Positions 30,311 through 38,906 of a stretch of 43,053 bases of DNA are shown here, piece by piece (position 1 is the stretch's first letter; the number at the start of each line of letters is the position of its first letter). The stretch is from a virus. The stretch covers positions 1-43,053 of the IMG/VR virus record IMGVR_UViG_3300038829_000108; one strand, 5' to 3'. A program made the position numbers and the translations under genes. The notes under the pieces were generated by a model. The model worked only from the letters and a program-made list of their open reading frames with translations, made no database searches and was not told the origin of the DNA.

Positions 30311-30706
30311 ATGAGCCAGATATTGTTCAAAGATTATTTGTATGAAAAGTTTGTTGAATGGGAAAAAAAGCAAACAAAACGCAGATCATCTTTCAGCGCT
30401 TTTGCTCGTTGGCTTTCCGACAATTCGCTCAACATTGAAGTCAAACAACAAAATGTTGATACATGGATGAATGGAAAAATCCCAAAGGACTATAAATATG
30501 TTGTAGTCCTTGCTGAAAAACTTGGGAATGAAGTTTATGAAATTCTTGGAAAAGATCGCCCCAATATTCTTCACTTATATGCCTCTCGTAATTGGGAAAA
30601 ACTATCTCCAAAAATTCAACTTGAACTCGCCAAAACAATAGCCAAACACACAAAAGAACCCATACCTGATGAAGCCACAGAAACCCAATCCCCCAAATCA
30701 AAATGA
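30311..30706 (+). CDS. CI-like XRE-family HTH repressor (no S24 peptidase domain)
   Basis: 131 aa. HTH region SFSAFARWLSDNSLNIEVKQQNVDTWMNGKIP. It is divergent from the cro-like gene. Confidence 0.7.
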   Translation: MSQILFKDYLYEKFVEWEKKQTKRRSSFSAFARWLSDNSLNIEVKQQNVDTWMNGKIPKDYKYVVVLAEKLGNEVYEILGKDRPNILHLYASRNWEKLSPKIQLELAKTIAKHTKEPIPDEATETQSPKSK

Positions 30707-31004
30707 TTGGGAGCGCCTCCCTTTTGATATGCAGCTCTACATCACTGCGCGAATATTCCTCGCAGTCGAATTTCCGCGCATCGCTGAATCAATTCTAAAA
30801 TTCCTTTATCGTGTGGATCTCTGGTTCTTTCCCCCACTCGCCTTTTTATCGACCTGCCTTGTAACTTCAAAATACTTTCCGCCGCATCCAATCAAAATCT
30901 TTGCGATCCTCTCCACCGCATTTATGTTTTCAACGCTCAACCTCTTTCTCCTTCGCCCTCGTAAATGGAAGCGAACAGCGTATTGGGTAAAAATAAATAA
31001 TTGA
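30669..31004 (+). CDS. Small membrane protein (moron cassette gene 1)
   Basis: Three hydrophobic segments. The ATG at 30669 overlaps the repressor gene end; an alternative ATG is at 30729. Confidence 0.5.
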   Translation: MKPQKPNPPNQNDWERLPFDMQLYITARIFLAVEFPRIAESILKFLYRVDLWFFPPLAFLSTCLVTSKYFPPHPIKIFAILSTAFMFSTLNLFLLRPRKWKRTAYWVKINN

Positions 31005-31032
31005 ATGTCTACTAACGCACAAAAGGATACCT

Positions 31033-31296
31033 ATGTCCACTTCTGATTCGGTTGCAAAATATTCTTCAATGGGAACAACTGTCATTCTTTACGCGAATAG
31101 AATGGAGATACAACTTCCAGGCGGATTTTTTGGAAAAAAAGAAATGATTATTTATCGTAATATCACCAGCATAGAAAAACCGCCGCTCTTGAACTGTATT
31201 GACATCAACACCAGTGATGGTAAAAAACACAGGGTTTCTCTTATGCCGCCTTCCCAAACTGATAAACTCAAACAGCATATTGAATCCCTATTATGA
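31033..31296 (+). CDS. Hypothetical protein, bacterial PH-domain-like (moron cassette gene 2)
   Basis: 87 aa, AAAGGA RBS. The pattern VILYANRMEIQ...GKKEMIIYRNITSIE...INTSDGKKHRV resembles bPH folds. Confidence 0.5.
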   Translation: MSTSDSVAKYSSMGTTVILYANRMEIQLPGGFFGKKEMIIYRNITSIEKPPLLNCIDINTSDGKKHRVSLMPPSQTDKLKQHIESLL

Positions 31297-31324
31297 ACTC
31301 AATAGCCAAAAAGGAGAAAAGCGC

Positions 31325-32149
31325 ATGGCAACCGTCCCCGTAAAAGTACAAGATAGACTGACCACAGGCATCAAACGTTTTTTGCCAGTCCTCACTTCCG
31401 CCAAATCGCGCGACGTAAACGAATCCGACACCGTTACCATCATCACCGACATGCTCGCCGATGTATTTGGCTATGATAAATATTCAGAGATCACCTCCGA
31501 ATATGTCATCCGCAGCACATTCGTCGACCTTGCCATCAAACTCGATGGCAAAGCGCAGTTGCTCATCGAAGTCAAAGCCATTGGGCTTGAACTCAAAGAC
31601 GCTTACGTCAAACAAGCAGTGGACTATGGCGCAAACGAAGGCATTGAATGGGTGGTTCTCACCAACGGTGCGCTCTGGCAGATTTATAAAGTTTCCTTTG
31701 GTAAACCAATAGGCTATGACCTCGTTCTTCAAATAGATTTCCTGAACTCCAACCACAAAAATCAAGAGCACCTTGAGAATCTGTACTTGCTCACGAAAGA
31801 GGGACTGGGAAAATCTGTTCTTGGCGAATACCACACCCAACGCCAGGCGCTCAGCCGTTTTTTCATCGGCGCCGTCATCCTCAGCGAACCCGTCCTCGAT
31901 GCAATCCGCCGCGAACTTCGCAAAATCTCGCCTGATGTCAAAATAGACAACGACCAGATTATGGGTGTATTGACACAAGAAATCATCAAACGCGAAGTCA
32001 TGGAAGGCGATAAGGCCGAAGAAGCGCATCGCAAAGTCGCGCGTTCTACAAAACGGATCGTCAAAAAAGTTGCAAAAGACCCATCCTCTGAAATTGCCTC
32101 ATCGGAAGAGGATGAATCAACCCCTGACGAACCCATCCATGAACCCTAA
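31325..32149 (+). CDS. PD-(D/E)xK nuclease-like protein with an HsdR N-terminal-type domain (moron cassette gene 3)
   Basis: ATG at 31325 follows AAAGGAG. The FVDLAI...LLIEVKA...QAVDY...VVLTNGALWQIY pattern matches the HSDR_N_2 type. Confidence 0.65.
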   Translation: MATVPVKVQDRLTTGIKRFLPVLTSAKSRDVNESDTVTIITDMLADVFGYDKYSEITSEYVIRSTFVDLAIKLDGKAQLLIEVKAIGLELKDAYVKQAVDYGANEGIEWVVLTNGALWQIYKVSFGKPIGYDLVLQIDFLNSNHKNQEHLENLYLLTKEGLGKSVLGEYHTQRQALSRFFIGAVILSEPVLDAIRRELRKISPDVKIDNDQIMGVLTQEIIKREVMEGDKAEEAHRKVARSTKRIVKKVAKDPSSEIASSEEDESTPDEPIHEP

Positions 32150-32185
32150 TTCAAAAATCTCTAATCTCTAATTACCGCCTTCTGA

Positions 32186-33886
32186 ATGCCCCACCTCCCT
32201 CCGCCTTCCACCCTCCCACCAGGCTCCATCGTAGACGCCTACGTCCGCGACTCTGGCGGTCCGCGCCAGGATGCCTCCACCGACCAGCAAATCGCCGAAA
32301 TCGAAAAATACTGCCAAACATACGGCCTCACCCTCCGTCACAAATTTGCAGACGTTGCCAAATCGGGAGGCTCCACATCCACACGCGACGAATTCAACAA
32401 CCTCATAGACTCCACCCGCCGCGTCGAAGATCGCCCTGCAGGTGTGCTCCTCTGGAACTACGCCCGCTTCGCCCGCGACCTCGACGATGCCATCTACTAC
32501 AAAGCCCTCCTCCGCAATCGCAGCATCATCGTCCACTCCCTCACCGACCCAATCCCAGAAGGCCAGTACGGGCGCATCATCGAATTTTTTATAGACATCT
32601 CCAACGAGGAAAAACGCCGCCAAACCTCCACCGATGCCAAACGCGGACTGCGTGATCTCGTCCTCAAACATGGCTGCATCCCTGGCACACCCCCGCGCGG
32701 CTTCAAACGCGAACCCGTTGAGATTGGACTGCGGCGCGACGGCTCACCCCACATCGCCCACCGCTGGGTTCCCGATCCCGATGTTGTCCCCCGCATCCAA
32801 CGTGCTTTCACCATGCGTGCCAGCGGATCAACCCTCGCCCAAGTCCACGCCGAAACAAAAATCTTTACCTCTCTCAATTCCTACAAAACCTTCTTCGCCA
32901 ACCGCATCTTTATCGGTATCCTCGAATTCGGCGACCTGGTCATAGAAAATTATTGTGAACCGCTCGTAGATATGCAGACCTGGAACACCGTCCAAAAAAT
33001 AATCCGCGACTACGCCCAGGCCCGCACATCCGAACGCCACCCGCGCCGCGTCGATTCAGCCTACCTTTTATCTGGTCTTGTTTTCTGTGATTGTTGCGGC
33101 TCCCCAATGTTCGGCAACACCGCCACTCGTCACCACATCACAGGTCGTGACGAAGCCTACCGTTGTTCAGCCGCCCGCCGAAAACGCGAATGCGCCGCCA
33201 GTCGCATCCCCCGCCGTAAACTTGAGGATGCCGTTTTCGCCACCCTGCATGATCACATCCTTCTGCCAGACAGCCTCTCCGCAATGCTCGAAGTCGAACG
33301 TCACGCCACCGATCACCGCGAAACAAAACGTACAGAACGCCTGGCAATTCTTAACGTCGAAAAGAAAAAGCTCTCAACCCAAATCGTCAATATCACCCGC
33401 GCCATAGCCGAACGCGGGCACTCATCCACCCTCCTTGACAAGCTGACCGAACTCGAAGCCCAGCGCGCAATGGTCCTGACCGAATTTACAGAACTCAACA
33501 ACCTGCGCTTTGTAGCTTCCCCGCCGCTCACCGAAGAAGAGATCATCATTGTCTCGAACATGCTCTCTGACATTCTTCACGAAGCCCCCGCCGAGCAAGT
33601 CAAACAAATACTTCAATCCTTCATCCACAAAATACTCGCCAAAAAAACAAACGGACAGATCACAGGCTCCATCACCTACTTCACCCCGCCGCTAGCCGAT
33701 CTGCTGCGTAGCAGTCCGCCCGATTCGCCCCCTTTTGAATCCCCCCCCACGGGTAATACAATGTTGCCTATAAGTTCCCGCTCCGTGGGGGCACACCTCT
33801 ATAGGCAAATATTCAGCCATCCTATTATTTCACCAAAAAAAGCCGCTCAGAAGAGCGGCTTTTTTGATCCCTACTCTCGCTCATAG
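32186..33886 (+). CDS. Large serine recombinase (integrase type)
   Basis: Resolvase catalytic region AYVRDSGGPRQDASTDQQ, recombinase domain, zinc ribbon CDCCGSPMFG...YRCSAARRKRECA, coiled coil. A ~70-aa low-complexity C-terminal tail follows. Confidence 0.85.
   Translation: MPHLPPPSTLPPGSIVDAYVRDSGGPRQDASTDQQIAEIEKYCQTYGLTLRHKFADVAKSGGSTSTRDEFNNLIDSTRRVEDRPAGVLLWNYARFARDLDDAIYYKALLRNRSIIVHSLTDPIPEGQYGRIIEFFIDISNEEKRRQTSTDAKRGLRDLVLKHGCIPGTPPRGFKREPVEIGLRRDGSPHIAHRWVPDPDVVPRIQRAFTMRASGSTLAQVHAETKIFTSLNSYKTFFANRIFIGILEFGDLVIENYCEPLVDMQTWNTVQKIIRDYAQARTSERHPRRVDSAYLLSGLVFCDCCGSPMFGNTATRHHITGRDEAYRCSAARRKRECAASRIPRRKLEDAVFATLHDHILLPDSLSAMLEVERHATDHRETKRTERLAILNVEKKKLSTQIVNITRAIAERGHSSTLLDKLTELEAQRAMVLTEFTELNNLRFVASPPLTEEEIIIVSNMLSDILHEAPAEQVKQILQSFIHKILAKKTNGQITGSITYFTPPLADLLRSSPPDSPPFESPPTGNTMLPISSRSVGAHLYRQIFSHPIISPKKAAQKSGFFDPYSRS
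33744..33808. other. Interleaved 9-bp inverted repeats, candidate attP core
   Basis: CCCCCACGG (33744-52) pairs with CCGTGGGGG (33783-91). TTGCCTATA (33764-72) pairs with TATAGGCAA (33800-08). Confidence 0.4.
33835..33865. terminator. Bidirectional rho-independent terminator
   Basis: AAAAAAA-GCCGCTC-AGAA-GAGCGGC-TTTTTT. It lies 5 nt after the minus-strand gene stop and inside the last 52 nt of the serine recombinase ORF. Confidence 0.85.
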
Positions 33887-34323
33887 GCCAGCATGAGTTG
33901 CGCGGCTCTCATCGCCACTGCCGCCGCCTGAATGGCAGACGGAATATCCGAAAAGATGAACGCTTGCAGTTCTGCCGCCACACGGCCATCTTCAACATAC
34001 CGCGTGAACGTCAGCTTCTTGTTCGGGTCATTCCGATAAATCTGATACGTCACCGTCAAATTCTTCGTCACGTCCCAGGCAGGCTCATCAGGATCAACCT
34101 TCCTGCCTTGCACGCTCACATTCCTGCCAATCACCTTGCCGATATGCCTGCACGCCAGCTTCACCGCCTCCGAAAAATCATTCAAGGTAAGCCGATTGGT
34201 ATTGCTCAATTTTGGCGTATACAAAACAAACGCTCTCCCGCGTCTGTTGATTGTTCCGCTTACCACTCCGCCGCGATACTCCACGGTGACATTGCTATCA
34301 GTCTTGATTTTATATTTTGCCAT
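33871..34323 (-). CDS. Hypothetical protein (150 aa), last gene of the late operon
   Basis: ATG at 34323 lies 7 nt after GGAG. Confidence 0.6.
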   Translation of the reverse strand: MAKYKIKTDSNVTVEYRGGVVSGTINRRGRAFVLYTPKLSNTNRLTLNDFSEAVKLACRHIGKVIGRNVSVQGRKVDPDEPAWDVTKNLTVTYQIYRNDPNKKLTFTRYVEDGRVAAELQAFIFSDIPSAIQAAAVAMRAAQLMLAYERE

Positions 34324-34333
34324 CTCGAATCTC

Positions 34334-35440
34334 CTATGGGCAAAATTGCCCAATCAATGTGCCGCCAACTTCCACCGCATAGCAAATCGCGGGCGTCCTT
34401 GTCGCAGTTGGCGCAGGGGATATAGTCCATGTCACTGTTATCACAGGCGTGGCCGTCCTTGTAGCGGTAGTAGGGACGGGCGTCCTTGTCGCTGTTGCGG
34501 GCAGTGGGGTGGTGGACGGCAAGACATTATTCGCCATCACCGCCCCCGTGCATTTTGTATACACAGGCAATCGCCAAACAATGTTATTCGTGACCACAAT
34601 CCCAGGACACGCCCTAGGCCGATTCAACCCAATGGCAACCGTGTGGATGCCAGTCGGGAAGTTGTTATTATCAATAATGATACTGCCAGCAAAAGGCGAA
34701 GTGAACTCGCCCGCAAAAACACTAACTCCCTCATGGCAGTCAATTCCCGTATTGCCTGTCACCCGAATATCGTTTAGCTGTTGACCCCAACCAGCATAAT
34801 TTTCCTCACCAATGGCGATTGCGAGCGGGCGTTTCCCGTTGCGTAAGACCTCCCCCGTACAGGCGATTTGGTTGCTGTCTACGGTCACACGATAGGCGTT
34901 GTCCACATAGATATTCACTGAAAAATTATCAACGACGCGGTTATTCTCGATCTTTACATCCCACGCCATTGTTGCGGCGATGCCCTCCCCGCAATTGTCG
35001 TACACGTTATTGTTTCGGATGATAATATCGTGCGACCCCTTTTCAGCCTTTATCCCGCTCCCCCATCCGCCGCCGCCCATCGTTCCGCAGGCAGGGTAGA
35101 TGCCGTTTTCAGTGACGGCGTTGTGTACTGTCACATTTTCTACAATCACATGATGCACGTCGGTCGCAGTGGGATACGTCCCGATGCGAATTGCATGGGT
35201 GACGCTCCCCGTCACCTCGCAGTCGTGCAAACGCACGTATGAGCCGCGCACGCGGACGCTTCTTACCGCGCCCGAACAGGTCACATCAAAATAGTCAGTT
35301 GGCGTCCCTGATTGGGTGATGACCACATCTTGCGCCGCAATAATCAAGTCTGGCGTCTGCGTCACGGTCATACCCACATACACGCTTGCGGCGGCTATGG
35401 CAGTGACTATGACACCTGTTAGTATTTGTTTTTTGTTCAT
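34334..35440 (-). CDS. Secreted or membrane-anchored right-handed beta-helix (pectate-lyase-fold) protein with a PT-rich linker
   Basis: N-terminal Gly/Ala/Ser/Thr-rich TM ILTGVIVTAIAAASVYVGM. Repeated xNNxV coils (IIRNNNVYDN, KIENNRVVDN, IIDNNNF, VVTNNIVW). Confidence 0.65.
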   Translation of the reverse strand: MNKKQILTGVIVTAIAAASVYVGMTVTQTPDLIIAAQDVVITQSGTPTDYFDVTCSGAVRSVRVRGSYVRLHDCEVTGSVTHAIRIGTYPTATDVHHVIVENVTVHNAVTENGIYPACGTMGGGGWGSGIKAEKGSHDIIIRNNNVYDNCGEGIAATMAWDVKIENNRVVDNFSVNIYVDNAYRVTVDSNQIACTGEVLRNGKRPLAIAIGEENYAGWGQQLNDIRVTGNTGIDCHEGVSVFAGEFTSPFAGSIIIDNNNFPTGIHTVAIGLNRPRACPGIVVTNNIVWRLPVYTKCTGAVMANNVLPSTTPLPATATRTPVPTTATRTATPVITVTWTISPAPTATRTPAICYAVEVGGTLIGQFCP

Positions 35441-35453
35441 CTTTCACTCCTCA

Positions 35454-35741
35454 TTATTTAATGCAATAGACGCTACGCGGCGCAAGGTACAACACGGTTT
35501 CTGATTGCCACACCACAGCCCGCACGCTTCCGATAACTGTCGGATTCAACGGCACAAGTACTTTCAACATCGTCAATGTTTTCCCGTCCGCTTTTGCGGG
35601 TTGCGTTTTCCACGGCCTGACCCAAAAAGCCGTCCCTGCGCCTATGTAACATAATTGCTCTGCGGGCGCGGCGGAAACAGGAATGACGCTCACCGCCAAT
35701 ACAATCAAAATAATCAACGTAATACAAATTTTCCTTTTCAT
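35454..35741 (-). CDS. Small secreted protein (95 aa)
   Basis: Signal peptide MKRKICITLIILIVLAVSVIPVSA. GAGGTG RBS. Confidence 0.6.
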   Translation of the reverse strand: MKRKICITLIILIVLAVSVIPVSAAPAEQLCYIGAGTAFWVRPWKTQPAKADGKTLTMLKVLVPLNPTVIGSVRAVVWQSETVLYLAPRSVYCIK

Positions 35742-35769
35742 CAAATCACCTCATAACTAAACGTATACA

Positions 35770-35832
35770 TCATGGCTCGGTTCGTAATATCCACGCAATC
35801 CAGAAAAGAGCAATGTCCCTTATACACTTCAT
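35770..35832 (-). CDS. Micro-ORF (20 aa hydrophobic peptide)
   Basis: AAGGAG lies 5 nt upstream and overlaps the receptor-binding protein stop (TAAGGAG). The sequence is MKCIRDIALFWIAWILRTEP. Confidence 0.35.
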   Translation of the reverse strand: MKCIRDIALFWIAWILRTEP

Positions 35833-35841
35833 GCGATCTCC

Positions 35842-37860
35842 TTAGGCTCTGATATAAAAACCCGACACACGCAACGAACCTGCCGCATCCATAGGAAGAA
35901 CGGATGAGGCTCCATTACCAATCTCGTAAATAGAAATCTTCGTTGTGTTAGGCATAACGATTGCCAGTACTTTGTTGCCAACCGCCAGCAGCGTAAGATT
36001 CGACCAATACACAGCGGAAGGCACAAAAATATCATTACTTTTCGAGGTGTAGGGCAATCCCTCAATTCGCATGTTGCCTGTCCCCGTGTGGGCCGTCCAG
36101 ACAAGCTCGATTTCATAAAATACAATTTTTCCCATAACATAAAATTCGCCAAGTTGTGATGTATAGGTGCCTATGCCTGATGTCGTTGTCCCAATAATGG
36201 TGGGCGTGAGTGACCCCGATTTTGCAAGGTCAATAGTGTCTCCTCCCGTTCCGATCACCGCCGAAGTCAACACAGTGGGACCTGCATAGCCTTCAGGATA
36301 GAGGATGTAACTGTAAAAAGGCTCCGTGATGACTGCATTTGCCACCACGAAAGACACGGTGACGGTGGTCAAATTGGTTCCTGCGGCATAGCTCACCGCC
36401 GAAACATAGCCCTGCTTCGCCCCGCTATTGACGCACTTGATCCGCGTCCCCACCCGTAACTTAAGAGTCTTATCGCCTTGGATCGTAAAGGCGCTCGCGC
36501 TGGCATACGTCCATGTGACCACGTCTGGAATCCATCCGCTCCACGAGCGCTGGGCATATAACTCGAGCAAACTCGCCGCGATGTCAAACGCCTCGTTCAG
36601 CGGCTTACACCATTGCGCGATCCCGTTGCACGCAATCGCTCCCACATAATCAAAAATCCCGCCCGCCACTACCGAATTGGAAGGTAAAACAAGCAGTCCA
36701 TTTACTTCCTTGCCCGCCACCGTTGTCACGCCCCCGCCATTGGACAACGCTCCCCACTCCGCCCCGTCCCATATCGCTATGCGTGATGTGCCCTCCACAT
36801 CATCCACATCCCCGAAACTGCCCCCGATCACAACAAAATCATTTGCGTCAATGGCAATCGCATACACAATGCCAGTATCAACTCCAGCCACTCCTACCGC
36901 CGCCCATCCGCTGGAATAGCTTGCGATCCCCGAACAGGTGATCGGGTTGATACCAGGGTCAACGCTCGTAAACGCGCCGCCCACATACAACACGTCATTG
37001 GAATCAACAGCCAGGGCGTATACGCCATCAGATGTGCCGCTGCCCAATCCGCTCCATGCGCCCGCGCTCCATTTGCCGATATAGTCTGCATTCGCCACCC
37101 CTCCAATATTAAGCGTCGTTGTGCCCAAATAAACCTCGTCGGCAGAGTTGATAGCCAAAGCCCGCCCGCCCGCGCTGGCGCCTGTTCCCATTGCCGTCCA
37201 CGCCGCCCCTGTCCATTTTGCGACGCCGCTGGTATTCGCCACCCCGCCCATCAGGGTGAAACTGCCCGCCGCATAATAGTTGTTCGCCGAATCCACGGCA
37301 AGCGCCAACACGGTTGACCCCGCGCTTGCGCCCGTCCCCAGCGCCGCCCAGGTGGACCCTGACGTAATAGCGATCCCGTCGGCGTTGGCAACTCCGCCCG
37401 CATTCGTAAAACTTCCGCCAATCAAAATCGCGCCAGTGTTGGTGATCGCTATGGCATACACAGGCGCGTTCACCCCGCCGTTGACTTCGCTCCAATTGCG
37501 CGTGATGAGTGAGTAGCGGGCAATGTAATTCGCCGCCACCCCGCCGATGCGCGTAAAATCCCCGCCCACATAAACATACTCCACCCCATCGTACACTAGG
37601 GCGCGTACCCGCGTCACCACATCATCCGCCAGGTTCAACGGCACCCACCAGTTGATGTCCACCACATTGGCGTTTGTGTGTACGCCATCGGCGGCAATGT
37701 CGCTTGCGCGAACAATCCCTAAATTTTCCGTCAATGAATCCAAACTCTCCAAAAGCGCCGCAGATGATTTCAGTTCATCCACATCACGGCGCAGCGCCTC
37801 CACTTCTTCAAGCACATTGCCCTCGATGGATTTTTGTACGACCTGGTCTCCTGCGCTCAT
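35842..37860 (-). CDS. Tail fiber / receptor-binding protein with a ~7-blade beta-propeller
   Basis: N-terminal coiled coil, then seven repeats of GGxFTxxGGVxAxxIAxW-like blades, then a C-terminal beta-rich domain. Confidence 0.7.
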   Translation of the reverse strand: MSAGDQVVQKSIEGNVLEEVEALRRDVDELKSSAALLESLDSLTENLGIVRASDIAADGVHTNANVVDINWWVPLNLADDVVTRVRALVYDGVEYVYVGGDFTRIGGVAANYIARYSLITRNWSEVNGGVNAPVYAIAITNTGAILIGGSFTNAGGVANADGIAITSGSTWAALGTGASAGSTVLALAVDSANNYYAAGSFTLMGGVANTSGVAKWTGAAWTAMGTGASAGGRALAINSADEVYLGTTTLNIGGVANADYIGKWSAGAWSGLGSGTSDGVYALAVDSNDVLYVGGAFTSVDPGINPITCSGIASYSSGWAAVGVAGVDTGIVYAIAIDANDFVVIGGSFGDVDDVEGTSRIAIWDGAEWGALSNGGGVTTVAGKEVNGLLVLPSNSVVAGGIFDYVGAIACNGIAQWCKPLNEAFDIAASLLELYAQRSWSGWIPDVVTWTYASASAFTIQGDKTLKLRVGTRIKCVNSGAKQGYVSAVSYAAGTNLTTVTVSFVVANAVITEPFYSYILYPEGYAGPTVLTSAVIGTGGDTIDLAKSGSLTPTIIGTTTSGIGTYTSQLGEFYVMGKIVFYEIELVWTAHTGTGNMRIEGLPYTSKSNDIFVPSAVYWSNLTLLAVGNKVLAIVMPNTTKISIYEIGNGASSVLPMDAAGSLRVSGFYIRA

Positions 37861-38906
37861 GATGTCCTCAATTCATTCACATTTAAATCCAGAATATTGC
37901 GCCTGCCGCGATGTATCATCCCGCGCACGCGCACGCGGGTATCCACGCCCAGCTTGCCGTTCTCGAAATCGATCTTGTACATTTTCAAGTCCACAATATC
38001 CCCGATTCGCAATGTCTTGAAAACCTTGTAGACCTCATCCTCCCTCAGGCGGTTTGGCGAGGCCGTCAGGTTGAAACTGCGTGGTGGCGCTTTATTTGCG
38101 GATAAAAACGCATCCGCCGCCGCCTGCACCGTCACAGGATCATTAGAATTGACCGCCAGCGGATACATTCGCGGGCCATAATCCTCGATGCTGGTCGCGT
38201 CAAAGGCGGTCGCCGTTTCGCGTTCTAGCCAGGTCGATGCGTTGCCGAAGGCAAAGATATAATTCCAGATCGGCCCCTGCTTTTCCATCACATTTTCCTT
38301 GGCCTCGATGTTTACCCCTTCCTCCAGGGCAAAATCCTTGGTCTCGCCGCGCCTCTCATACCAGTGCGCCTCGAAATGCAGCATCCCATTTTCGACGACA
38401 GGCTCGCAATAGAAATCGTTCCTGCTTCGCGCCGAAATTCTCAGCACATCGTCGTACAATTTTTTCGCGCTGATCCGCTCCTGCCTGCTTGCTCCCTCGT
38501 CATAAATGCTTCCAGGGCGGATCAATGTCGGCCACGGCAATATCGTGTTCAGGTTTTCCACAATCATGCGGAAGATACCTCCAGCGGTGCCGTTCAACAC
38601 CAGCTCCCCTGGGTAGGCGCGCCACTCAAATAACTTTTCGGCCGAATAAGCCTGCATCATTACGCTGCCCCTCGATGCCCAACTCTGCGGAGGATCGCAA
38701 TATCCGCCCCAAATTGGCAGCGCCGAATCCGTGATGGCCAGGTAATTTCCAAATTGAAAATCTCCCAGTCGCTCCAGCTCTCGTTTCGCAGAAATGCGAA
38801 ACGTGGCTTGCTCGTATGCGTTCAAGAGCCAGGCGCGGTCGAAGATCCCCACCGCCTCGCCGATGGCCTTGCCTTCCCCGTCGAAAATCGTCGCCTCATA
38901 GCCCAT
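37857..38906 (-). CDS. Tail tip protein (Tal-like N-terminal type)
   Basis: 349 aa, second gene after the tape measure, start coupled to the upstream stop. Confidence 0.5.
   Translation of the reverse strand: MGYEATIFDGEGKAIGEAVGIFDRAWLLNAYEQATFRISAKRELERLGDFQFGNYLAITDSALPIWGGYCDPPQSWASRGSVMMQAYSAEKLFEWRAYPGELVLNGTAGGIFRMIVENLNTILPWPTLIRPGSIYDEGASRQERISAKKLYDDVLRISARSRNDFYCEPVVENGMLHFEAHWYERRGETKDFALEEGVNIEAKENVMEKQGPIWNYIFAFGNASTWLERETATAFDATSIEDYGPRMYPLAVNSNDPVTVQAAADAFLSANKAPPRSFNLTASPNRLREDEVYKVFKTLRIGDIVDLKMYKIDFENGKLGVDTRVRVRGMIHRGRRNILDLNVNELRTS

Noticed and set aside
35842-37860. Diversity-generating retroelement targeting the repetitive receptor-binding protein
   Set aside because: The genome has no reverse transcriptase gene and no template-repeat/variable-repeat pair. 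The repetition is explained by beta-propeller blades.
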